A DNA stretch of 64,000 bases from Octopus sinensis (Eukaryota), in NCBI RefSeq assembly GCF_006345805.1, contig NC_043021.1:23188001-23252000 (forward strand), read 5' to 3'. Below the pieces are notes generated by a model. It ran no database searches. It had not been told where the DNA came from and saw only the letters and a list, made by a program, of their open reading frames with translations. This document shows positions 44,839-56,570 of this stretch, piece by piece; within the stretch, counting starts at the first letter, position 1; each line of letters begins with the position of its first letter. A program made the translations under genes and the position numbers.

Positions 44839-46245
44839 GAGGTGCAATGGTTTAGTCGAGCATCTGTACATTTGTATATTTATACACGCCCTATGTGTAA
44901 ATACACGTTAATATTTACTTCAGGCAATTGGTATTTCTGCTGACGTCATTTCGAATCGACAACAACAGCAAAGAATAAAACATTGCATTTCAATTAATAT
45001 AACGGAATAATAGAGTCGACGACAACAACAACGACAACAGAAAAATCAAGACCCACCCACATATATAGGCATACATACATACAAGCACATACATAGACAC
45101 AAACATAGGCATATGAACACAAAGACACACATACACACAACACACACACGCGCGTACACACACACATACACACACACAGATACACACACACACACACAGA
45201 ACAGAAACGTTAATAGATGCGAAGATCGTCTGACAAGTTGATCGTCTGACCAGGATACTCTCACGCAATGTGACTGGACGAGGTTTATTTTCCACCAGAT
45301 TTCCCTTCGCGGTTCACACACTTCTTCCATCGGTGTAGCAGTGCTTGGATCCCATTGGCGAAGAAGCTTTCATTCTGTTGCTCAAAAAACGTCATCAACA
45401 GAAGATGTGACGTCGTCACCACTGCATTGCTACTTTATTTTATCAAATTTGCCGTAAATGCAGTACATAGAGTAAGGTAGCTTGCGAGCTGGACACGGAC
45501 ATTAATGAGGTGAATGATAATGATACAAGGATGATAAGGATGGGAGAAGACGAAAAGCACCCGCCGACTTTTGCTTCTCTAAAATATTGTTCTTTTTAAA
45601 AAAAAATACTGAATGAGGTATTAACCCTCTTACAATTTTATTACACTTTATGGACTAAAAAGTCCATTACAATTAAAAACAATTACATAAATGAGTCCTT
45701 AATAAACTTTCTTGCATCCTGCAGGCATTCCAGCAGTCGCAAGTTGGGGGCCCATATACAAGATCTGTACTCTTTCTTTGAGAAATGCTACTTGCCAATC
45801 AATTGCTTTTTCATAGGAAACAGTCGATAGTTTGATGGGGCCAAATCAGGAGAACAAAGAAGGTAATCAACCAGTTCAAGGCTACAGTTAGGCACAGCAG
45901 CAGACATTGAAAGTAAGGACTTGTGTGCTGGAACATTCTCCTTATGAAGCAAGACTCCTTTCATCGGTTTTCCTGGGCGTTTGGTTTTGATAGCCTTTCG
46001 TAACTGCCGTAACAAGCTGACTACTCTCCATTGATGGTGTGACTCTTTTAAAGATAGTCAATAAGCACAATGCCTTTTGCATCCACCAAAACTGAGACCA
46101 TCACCTTCCCTGTAGATGAAACGACATTGGGCTTCGTTCGAGCAGGCGAGGAGGGGGTGTTTCCACCGTATTGATTGTCTCATGGAAGGATACTTCAGTT
46201 GAAGAATCTCCGTTATATGAGTGTGTCGGATCACCAGTACCGGAC

Positions 46246-46276
<31 letters not shown>

Positions 46277-46751
46277 ATACACACACACTACATACATAAT
46301 ACATACATACATACATACCACACACACCACATACATACATATACATACATACTACATACTACATACATACATACATACATACATACATACATACATACTA
46401 CATACATACATACATACATACATACATACATACTACAACATACATACATACATACATACATACAATACATAATACATACATACATACATACATACATACA
46501 TACATACATCCATACCATACATACATACATACATACATCCATTACACATACATACATACAACATACATACATACATACATACATACATACATACATACAT
46601 ACATACATAATACATACATACATACAACATACATACATACATACATACACATACATACATACATACATACATACATACATACATACATACATACATACAT
46701 ACATACATACATACATACATACATACATACATACATACATACATACATACA

Positions 46752-46895
46752 TAGTTTGTTCCTTTTCGAGCCATACCTGTCTCATAATGGCCGGTTTCCC
46801 AGTTTCCGTGGCGCATAGGCCTCCCACCTGGGCGGGACGCCGGTCCGTCGCAGGTGCGCTGCAAGATGCAGGAGGAAACAGTGAGAGAAAGTGAT
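46752..46895 (-). mobile_element. 3' part of a V-domain-like SINE
   Basis: Minus strand CCTGCGACGGACCGGCGTCCCGCCCAGG resembles the V-SINE domain; the same tail occurs at 48439-48487. Confidence 0.55.
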
Positions 46896-47087
46896 GAAGC
46901 CAACACTCATCCTGGCTTAGGAAACGTTCGAGGAAACCAGATGGACCTGTTTCAAACAGATTTTCCCATGATGTGATCAGCCTGGTGCACTTTTAGTCAG
47001 GTGTCAGAAGACGTGGTACCCACCGAGCAAAATCCTTCGTCGTGCCAAGTTTATTGTGAAGAATATTCTCAACTCGCTTACGGAATG

Positions 47088-47455
47088 GATGGAAGAACTC
47101 CGTCGGTTACGACGATGAGGGTTCCGGTTGATCCGATCAACGGAACAGCCTGCTCGTGGCTGAGCACTCCACAGACACGTGTACCCTTAATGTAGTTCTC
47201 GGGGATATTCAGCGTGACACAGAGAGTGACAAGGCCGGCCCTTTGAAATACAGGTACAACAGAAACAGGAAGTAAGAGTGAGAGAAAGTTGTGGTGAAAG
47301 AGTACAGCAGGGATCACCACCATCCCTGCCGGAGCCTCGTGGAGCTTTAGGTGTTTTCGCTCAATAAACACTCACAACGCCCGGTCTGGGAATCGAAACC
47401 GCGATCCTATGACCACGAGTCCGCTGCCCTAACCACTGGGCGATTGCGCCTCCAC
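47088..47455 (-). mobile_element. Family C SINE inserted in the mariner element
   Basis: Reverse complement of 15693-16076. Confidence 0.85.
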
Positions 47456-47947
47456 GCTTACGGAATATGCTAATAGCATTGACTATTTGATTTATAGTCA
47501 GCCAATCGCATGTGGTGAATACAATTAATGTTTTCCTCGGGAGTGAGTGGCAGTTGCAGAACGTCCACATCTTGGGGGTCATCTTCAATACTTTCCTTTC
47601 TCCTCCTAAACTCAGCAACCCATTTTTTGCCCTGTTGATAAAGCTGGACCATTATCCTCTAATGTAGCAACAATATCAGCATAAATGTTCTTGGGGAGGG
47701 GAAGCTAAACCTTATATTCTGCAGGTACTTGATAACACTACGACGCCAAATTTTATCGATTTTCAACAGAAGTCGCTACGAGTTGCATTTGAAGTCTTCT
47801 TTGAACAGTCAAATATCAGTTTACCCGGAAAGAAACGATGCGGTTATTAATAAAAAAAGAGCTGAAATGAATGCATGCAAGATTTCACAGCTCTAGCGTC
47901 ACTCCTTCATAGTCATCCTATGAACTTTTCAGCACACCGCCTCCTCG

Positions 47948-48560
47948 TACATACATACATACATATACATACATACATACATACATACATACATACATAC
48001 ATACATACACATACATACATACATACATACATACATACATACATACATACATACATACATACATACATACATACATACATACATGCATACATACATACAT
48101 ACATACATACATACATACATACATACATACATACATACATACATACATACATACATACACACACACACATACATGCATACATACATACATAAATACATAC
48201 ATACATACATAAATACATACATACATACATACATAAATACATACATACATACATACACACACACATACATGCATACATACATACATACATACATACATAC
48301 ATACACACATACATACATACATACATACATACATACATACATACATACATACATACATACATACATACATACATACACACACACATACATACACACACAC
48401 ACATACATGCATACATACATACATAAATACATACATACATAGTTTGTTCCTTCTCGAGCCATACCTGTCTCATAAGGGCCGGTTTGTAACCACTAGGCCA
48501 TGTGACTCCACATACATACATACATACATACATACATACATACATACATACATACATACA
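47948..48560. repeat. (TACA)n tetranucleotide microsatellite; similar tracts at 43285-43870 and 46247-46752
   Basis: Directly visible. Confidence 0.95.
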
Positions 48561-48631
48561 TTATATACAGGTCTTCGTCGACTTACGACCACAATTGGTT
48601 CCGACTGACTGGTCGTGAGTAGATTTGGTCG

Positions 48632-48671
<40 letters not shown>

Positions 48672-48700
48672 ATATATTATATATATATATATATATATAT

Positions 48701-48905
48701 GAAGCTGGATCTCTTCCTGTCAGGTGTCCCAGATGAACCAACTTCACGGCAGGAGGGGCAGATGAGGGCAGCTGCATCGAACTCTCTCATGCACCAAATA
48801 GCAGTTGCTAGAAAGCCTCCATGATGTGAAACCAAGTAGCAACACCAAATGGCGGTGCCCCAGCATGGCCACAGCTCATAAGCTGAAACTAGAATCAATC
48901 AATCA

Positions 48906-48909
<4 letters not shown>
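48701..48909 (+). mobile_element. Extreme 3' end of a CR1-clade LINE with an (AATC)n tail
   Basis: KLDLFLSGVPDEPT...RAAASNSLMHQ resembles a CR1 ORF2 end; the 3' UTR GGCGGTGCCCCAGCATGGCCACAG...CTGAAAC is shared with family A SINEs. Confidence 0.75.
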
Positions 48910-48960
<51 letters not shown>

Positions 48961-49111
48961 ATATATATATAATATAATATATATATATCACAATCAAGGA
49001 ACGGCCATAATAGGCCATTCACCCACTAGAAATAACAGCCAAAAAGCTTCAACCGCAAAATAACATTAATTCCGTAAATCAGGAGAAAATTAAAAAAACA
49101 TTTACCCTGAA

Positions 49112-49217
49112 ATTCCTTAGACGATGCACCCGTTCTTCTACTGTTAATGGTAAATTAACCTGATTAAATTAAATCAAGCCAATCTACCATAGGCCCTTAG
49201 ATTCATCAGTAAGGAAT
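49112..49217 (-). ncRNA. Hammerhead motif in the inverted unit (GAAA reads GAA here)
   Basis: Reverse complement of the direct-copy motif. Confidence 0.55.
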
Positions 49218-52200
49218 AGCCAAATCGGAACAGATATTTTTCACGAGGCATTCCCGTCCATGCCTCGCCAATATCTGACCTAAAATTTTCAAATCGTCGC
49301 ACTCGCGCCAAATTATCGGCAGCAAAATAAATATAAGCCGCCGATTCCATTACGGAACAACCAGAAAATTCATAATTAATCAATATAGGGAGGCAAAAAA
49401 ATTTTGTAGAATTCTTTTGCCCCCAGCGGCCTAGTGGGAAAAAATTAAATAGTCATAAACCATTTTTAAGTTCAATATCACAAATTTGGCGCGAGGTGCG
49501 ACGATTTGAAAATTTTAGGTCAGATATGGCGAGGCATGGACGAGAATGCCTCGTGAAAAATATCTGTTCCGATTTGGCTATTCCTTACTGATGAATCTAA
49601 GGGCCTATGGTAGATTGGCTTGATTTATTTAATCAGGTTAATTACATTAAACAGTAGAAGAAACGGTGCATCGTCTAAGGAATTTCAGGGTAAATGTTTT
49701 TTAATTTTCTCCTGATTTACGGAATTAATGTATTTTGCGGTTGAAGCTTTTTGGCTGTTATTTCTAGTGGGTGAATGGCCTATTATGGCCGTTCCTTGAT
49801 TGTGATATTGAACTTAAAAATGGTTTATGACTATTTAATTTTTTCCCACTAGGCCGCTGGGGGCAAAAGAATTCTACAAAATTTTTTTGCCTCCCTATAT
49901 TGATTAATTATGAATTTTCTGGTTGGTTCCGTAATGGAATCGGCGGCTTATATTTATTTGTGCCGATAAATTTGGCGCGAGTGCGACGATTTGAAAATTT
50001 TAGGTCAGATATTGGCGAGGCATGGACGAGAAGCCTCGTGAAAAATATCTGTTCCGATTGGCTATTCCTTACTGATGAATCTAAGGGCCTATGGTAGATT
50101 GGCTTGATTTAATTTAATCAGGTTAATTTACCATTAAACAGTAGAAGAAACGGTGCATCGTCTAAGAAATTTCAGGGTAAATGTTTTTTAATTTTCTCCT
50201 GATTTACGGAATTAATGTTATTTTGCGGTTGAAGCTTTTTGGCTGTTATTTCTAGTGGGTGAATGGCCTATTATGGCCGTTCCTTGATGTGATATTGAAC
50301 TTAAAAATGGTTTATGACTATTTAATTTTTTCCCACTAGGCCGCTGGGGGCAAAAGAATTCTACAAAATTTTTTTGCCTCCCTATATTGATTAATTATGA
50401 ATTTTCTGGTGGTTCCGTAATGGAATCGGCGGCTTATATTTATTGCTGCCGATAAATTTGGCGCGAGTGCGACGATTTGAAAATTTTAGGTCAGATATTG
50501 GCGAGGCATGGACGGAAATGCCTCGTGAAAAATATCTGTTCCGATTTGGCTATTCCTTACTGATGAATCTAAGGGCCTATGGTAGATTGGCTTGATTTAA
50601 TTTAATCAGGTTAATTTACCATTAAACAGTAGAAGAGAAACGGTGCATCGTCTAAGGAATTTCAGGGAAATGTTTTTTAATTTTCTCCTGATTTACGGAA
50701 TTAATGTTATTTTGCGGTTGAAGCTTTTTGGCTGTTATTCTAGTGGTGTGAATGGCCTAGTATGGCCGTTCCTTGATTGTGATATTGAACTTAAAAATGG
50801 TTTATGACTATTTAATTTTTTCCCACTAGCCGCTGGGGGCAAAAGAATTCTACAAAATTTTTTTGCTTCCCTATATTGATTATATTATGAATTTTCTGGT
50901 TGGTTCCGTAATGGAATCGGCGGCTTATATTTATTTGCTGCCGATAAATTTGGCGCGAGTGCGACGATTTGAAAATTTTAGGTCAGATATTGGCGAGGCA
51001 TGGACGAGAATGCCTCGTGAAAAATATCTGTTCCGATTTGGCTATTCCTTACTGATGAATCTAAGGGCCTATGGTAGATGGCTTGATTTAATTTAATCAG
51101 GTTAATTTACCATTAAACAGTAGAAGAAACGTGCATCGTCTAAGGAATTTCAGGGTAAATGTTTTTTAATTTTCTCCTGATTTACGGAATTAATGTTATT
51201 TTGCGGTTTTGATGAAGCTTTTGGCTGTTATTTCTAGTGGGTGAATGCCTATTATGGCCGTTCCTTGATTGTGATATTGAACTTAAAAATGGTTTATGAC
51301 TATTTAATTTTTTCCCACTAGGCCGCTGGGGGCAAAAGAATTCTACAAAATTTTTTTGCCTCCCTATATTGATTAATTATGAATTTTCTGGTTGGTTCCG
51401 TAATGGAATCGGCGGCTTATATTTATTTGCTGCCGATAAATTTGGCGCGAGTGCGACGATTTGAAAATTTTAGGTCAGATATTGGCGAGGCATGGACGAG
51501 AATGCCTCGTGGAAAAATATCTGTTCCGAATTGGCTATTCCTTACTGATGAATCTAAGGGCCTATGGTAGATTGGCTTGATTTAATTTAATCAGGTTAAT
51601 TTACCATTAAACAGTAGAAGAAAGAAGAAACGGTGCATCGTCTAAGGAATTTCAGGGTAAATGTTTTTTAATTTTCTCCTGATTTACGGAATTAATGTTT
51701 TATTTTGCGGTTGAAGCTTTTTGGCTGTTATTTCTAGTGGGTGAATGGCCTATTATGGCCGTTCCTTGATTGTGATATTGAACTTAAAAATGGTTTATGA
51801 CTATTTAATTTTTTCCCACTAGGCCGCTGGGGGCAAAAGAATTCTACAAAATTTTTTTGCCTCCTATATGATTAATTATGAATTTTCTGGTTGGTTCGTA
51901 ATGGAATCGGCGGCTTATATTTATTTGCTGCCGATAAATTGGCGCGAGTGCGACGATTTGAAAATTTTAGGTCAGATATTGGCGAGGCATGGACGAGAAT
52001 GCCTCGTGAAAAATTATCTGTTCCGATTTGGCTATTCCTTACTGATGAATCTAAGGGCCTATGGTAGATGGATTTGCTGATTTAATTTAATCAGGTTAAT
52101 TTACCATTAAACCAGTAGAAGAAACGGTGCATCGTCTAAGGAATTTCAGGGTAAATGTTTTTTAATTTTCTCCTGATTTACGGAATTAATGTTATTTTGC

Positions 52201-52527
52201 GGTTGAAGCTTTTTGGCTGTTATTTCTAGTGGGTGAATGGCCTATTATGGCCGTTCTTGATTGTGATATTGAACTTAAAAATGGTTTATGACTATTTAAT
52301 TTTTTCCCACTAGGCCGCTGGGGGCAAAAGAATTCTACAAAATTTTTTTGCCTCCCTATATTGATTAATTATGAATTTTCTGGTTGGTTCCGTAATGGAA
52401 TCGGCGGCTTATATTTATTTGCTGCCGATAAATTTGGCGCGAGTGCGACGATTTGAAAATTTTAGGTCAGATATTGGCGAGGCATGGACGAGAATGCCTC
52501 GTGAAAAATATCTGTTCCGATTTGGCT

Positions 52528-52634
52528 ATTCCTTACTGATGAATCTAAGGGCCTATGGTAGATTGGCTTGATTTAATTTAATCAGGTTAATTTACCATTA
52601 AACAGTAGAAGAAACGGTGCATCGTCTAAGGAAT
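52528..52634 (+). ncRNA. Type I hammerhead ribozyme motif (representative copy; others start at ~49580, 50064, 50552, 51044, 51537, 52034, 53015, 53504, 53998)
   Basis: Helix I ATTCCTTA/TAAGGAAT (8 bp); CTGATGA at 52536-52542; helix II TCTA/TAGA extended by a 19-bp hairpin; GAAA at 52611; helix III ACGGTGCATCGT; GUC triplet with predicted cut after 52626. Confidence 0.75.
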
Positions 52635-54347
52635 TTCAGGGTAAATGTTTTTTAATTTTCTCCTGATTTACGGAATTAATGTTATTTTGCGGTTGAAGCT
52701 TTTTGGCTGTTATTTCTAGTGGGTGAATGGCCTATTATGGCCGTTCCTTGATTGTGATATTGAACTTAAAAATGGTTATGACTATTTAATTTTTTCCACT
52801 AGCCGCTGGGGGCAAAAGAATTCTACAAAATTTTTTTGCCTCCCTATATGATTAATTATGAATTTTCTGGTTGGTTCCGTAATGGAATCGGCGGCTTATA
52901 TTTATTTGCTGCCGATAAATTTGGCGCGAGTGCGACGATTTGAAAATTTTAGGTCAGATATTGGCGAGGCATGGACGAGAATGCCTCGTGAAAAATATCT
53001 GTTCCGATTTGGCTATTCCTTACTGATGAATCTAAGGGCCTATGGTAGATTGGCTTGATTTAATTTAATCAGGTTAATTTACCATTAAACAGTAGAAGAA
53101 ACGGTGCATCGTCTAAGGAATTTCAGGGTAAATGTTTTTTAATTTTCTCCTGATTTACGGAATTAATGTTATTTTGCGGTTGAAGCTTTTTGCTGTTATT
53201 TCTAGTGGGTGAATGGCCTATTATGGCCGTTCCTTGATTGTGATATTGAACTTAAAAATGGTTTATGACTATTTAATTTTTTCCCACTAGGCCGCTGGGG
53301 GCAAAAGAATTCTACAAAATTTTTTTGCCTCCCTATATGATTAATTATGAATTTTTCTGGTGGTTCCGTAATGGAATCGGCGGCTTATATTTATTTGCTG
53401 CCGATAAATTTGGCGCGAGTGCGACGATTTGAAAATTTTAGGTCAGATATTGGCGAGGCATGGACGAGAATGCCTCGTGAAAAATATCTGTTCCGATTTG
53501 GCTATTCCTTACTGATGAATCTAAGGGCCTATGGTAGATTGGCTTGATTAATTTTAATCAGGTTAATTTACCATTAAACAGTAGAAGAAGAAACGGTGCA
53601 TCGTCTAAGGAATTTCAGGGTAAATGTTTTTTAATTTTCTCCTGATTTACGGAATTAATGTTATTTTGCGGTTGAAGCTTTTTGGCTGTTATTTATAGTG
53701 GGTGAATGGCCTAGTATGGCCGTTCCTTGATTGTGATATTGAACTTAAAAATGGTTTATGACTATTTAATTTTTTCCCACTAGGCCGCTGGGGGCAAAAG
53801 AATTCTACAAAATTTTTTTGCCTCCCTATATTGATTAATTATGAATTTTCTGGTTGGTTCCGTAATGGAATCGGCGGCTTATATTTATTTGCTGCCGATA
53901 AATTTGGCGCGAGTGCGACGATTTGAAAATTTTAGGTCAGATATTGGCGAGGCATGGACGAGAATGCCTCGTGAAAAATATCTGTTCCGATTTGGCTATT
54001 CCTTACTGATGAATCTAAGGGCCTATGGTAGATTGGCTTGATTTAATTTAATCAGGTTAATTTACCATTAAACAGTAGAAGAAAAGGTGCATCGTCTAAG
54101 GAATTTCAGGGTAAATGTTTTTTAATTTTCTCCTGATTTACGGAATTAATGTTATTTTGCGGTTGAAGCTTTTTGGCTGTTATTCTAGTGGGTGAATGGC
54201 CTATTATGGCCGTTCCTTGATTGTGATATTGAACTTAAAAATGGTTTATGACTATTTAATTTTTTCCCACTAGGCCGCTGGGGGCAAAAGAATTCTACAA
54301 AATTTTTTTGCCTCCCTATATTGATTAAATATATATATATATATATA

Positions 54348-54870
54348 TACGACGGGCTTCTTTCAGTTTCCGTTTACCAAATCCACTCAAAGCTTTGGAC
54401 GGCTCGAAGGTAAAGTGGAAGACACTTGCCCAAGGTACCCCACAGTGGGACCGAACTCGGGACCACATACACACACACACACACACACGCATACACACAC
54501 ACACACTCACACACACACACGCACACACACACACATGTCTAGTAAGAGGTTTGCTTCTCCACCACATGGATCAGTCCCACTGCCTTGTGAGTGGATTTGA
54601 CTGACGGAAACCGAAAGAAGCTCCTCGTATATATATATATATGTATATATGTATGCATGAGTGTTTGTCTTTCTGTCTGTCATTATCCCTCCCCACCACC
54701 TCACTGCTTGACAACCGGTGTTAGTGTGTTTGCGTCCCTGTAACTTAGTGATTCGCCAAAATAAACCGATAGATTAAGTACTAAGTTCTTAAAAGAAATA
54801 CTGGGATCGATTCATTCGACTAAAAATGCTCCAGTATGGGCGCGGTCTAATAATTTAAACAAGTAAAAGG
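54348..54870. mobile_element. Family A SINE pieces (minus-strand head 54348-54467; plus-strand diverged copy ~54545-54870)
   Basis: Similarity to 6566-6958. Confidence 0.7.
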
Positions 54871-54909
54871 TATATATACATACATATATATATATATATA
54901 TATAGATAT

Positions 54910-54951
<42 letters not shown>

Positions 54952-54996
54952 ATATGTATGTATATATACCTTTTACTTGTTTAAATTATATATATG

Positions 54997-55099
<103 letters not shown>

Positions 55100-55114
55100 A
55101 TATACATATATATA

Positions 55115-55263
55115 TAGTTGAAGTTTACAGAAAAACACGAAAAGACGAAGGCAGGTGTATGAACAACAAGCAGATGTATTAGTTTAACGCTCGGGAAGTG
55201 AGAAAGTCTTTTACGTTTCGAGGCTAAGCTCTTCAGCAGAAAGAAATAAGACAAAATAATCAC

Positions 55264-55294
<31 letters not shown>

Positions 55295-55345
55295 GAGATA
55301 GAGATAGAGAGAGAGAGAGAGAAACTTGTAGATTTAGCGGTCAAG
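55115..55345 (-). mobile_element. Penelope-like terminal-repeat fragment with a minimal hammerhead-like motif (55207-55244)
   Basis: Minus strand TCTTT-CTGCTGA-A-GAGC-TTAG-CCTC-GAAAC-GTA-AAAGA. Confidence 0.55.
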
Positions 55346-55641
55346 CATGGCGAAACATATATGTGTGCGTGTGTATCAGAACGAGCGCTCCGGTGTAGTG
55401 GTTAGAAGAGCTACACAATTTATAACATAAAGTTATGAGGATCGATTCTCTGAGCGATTTTACAGTTTTCCCCCGCCTTCGTTGCACAGAATATCTGCCG
55501 CGGATTTACACATTCAAATATTCACACATACGTTGAAACATCTATAGGCTAATAAATTCACACATATAAATATACATGCATATAAATTTATACCCATATA
55601 AACACATGCAGGTATACTTACTGAGGACAAAATCTGGTTGG

Positions 55642-55887
55642 AATTTGGCTCCTTATTTGGCAGACGATAAGATTTGGCTTCTTATTTGGCAGACGATAAA
55701 ATTTGGCTCCTTATTTGGCAGACGGCAAAATTTGGCTCCTTATTGGCAGACGATAAAATTTGGCCTCTTATTGGGTCCTTATTGGCAGACGATAAGACTT
55801 GGCTCCTTATTGGCTCCTTATTGGCAGACAATAAGATTTGGCTCCTTATTGGCTCCTTATTGGCAGACGATAAGATTTGGCTCCTTG
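55642..55887 (+). repeat. Minisatellite with 28-29-bp then 39-bp units
   Basis: ATTTGGCTCCTTATTTGGCAGACGATAA(G/A), about 7 units. Confidence 0.9.
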
Positions 55888-56465
55888 TAGAAAGACGACT
55901 GAACTTGTGACGAGTTGAATCTATGAGTGTTTGCTGAATGTTTTCGAAATCTAACGACGAAATAGTGGAGAGAAAGTCTCTGAAACAATTTAGATTTTCT
56001 TATATTATAATTTATTTATTGTTTGTCTTTCTTTGCTACCTTTTCACCTCCTCTTTTTTCCTTTATAATAAATGGAGTTATACAAACACTAGACAGTTGT
56101 TGACCGCTAACGGATACAAAAGGTAAGCAAATATAGAACATCTAAGTAAACAGATATAGGCAGACAAACACATCTATATACAGGCACGTATGTAGACAAG
56201 AAGGCGTGTATGTTTGTATGTATGTATGTATGCATGTATGTATGTATGTATGTATGTATGTATGTATGTATGTGTGTATATATATATATGTATGTATATG
56301 AATATATATGTGTGTGCGTACATATGTATGCTTATACACTTATACATACATAGACCACACAGGTATACACAGATATATACATACATACCTGTCTACCTTA
56401 TTTATTTCTACCCCATCTCTCTCTTTCCACACACACACACACATATGCATATATACATACATACA

Positions 56466-56570
<105 letters not shown>

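Larger units (their letters stand above)
45285..47949 (-). mobile_element. Fragmented mariner transposase pseudogene with nested insertions
   Basis: TIR TACGAGG..GTGTGCTGAAAAGTTC at 47949; QKWVAEFRRRKESIEDDP; SQDECWLHH; QSIRWKHP; LLHKENVPAH...SPDLAPSNY; C-terminal GIQALLHRWKKCV. Confidence 0.85.
48985..54328 (+). repeat. Tandem array of a ~490-bp hammerhead-containing unit (retrozyme-like); ~10 direct copies plus one inverted 5' copy (48985-49483)
   Basis: Near-identical units with period 484-497 bp; (TA)n on both sides; one hammerhead motif per unit. Confidence 0.9.

Noticed and set aside
48985-54328. 5S rRNA, snRNA or spliced-leader gene array, or a C/D snoRNA because of TGATGA/CTGA
   Set aside because: No recognisable 5S, U-snRNA or SL sequence; CTGATGA is better explained by the complete hammerhead helices around it
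55383-55460. tRNA gene
   Set aside because: A- and B-box-like motifs but no proper cloverleaf or anticodon arm; probably a decayed SINE head
55642-55887. CRISPR-like array of ~29-bp repeats
   Set aside because: No unique spacers, eukaryotic context and no cas genes; it is a minisatellite
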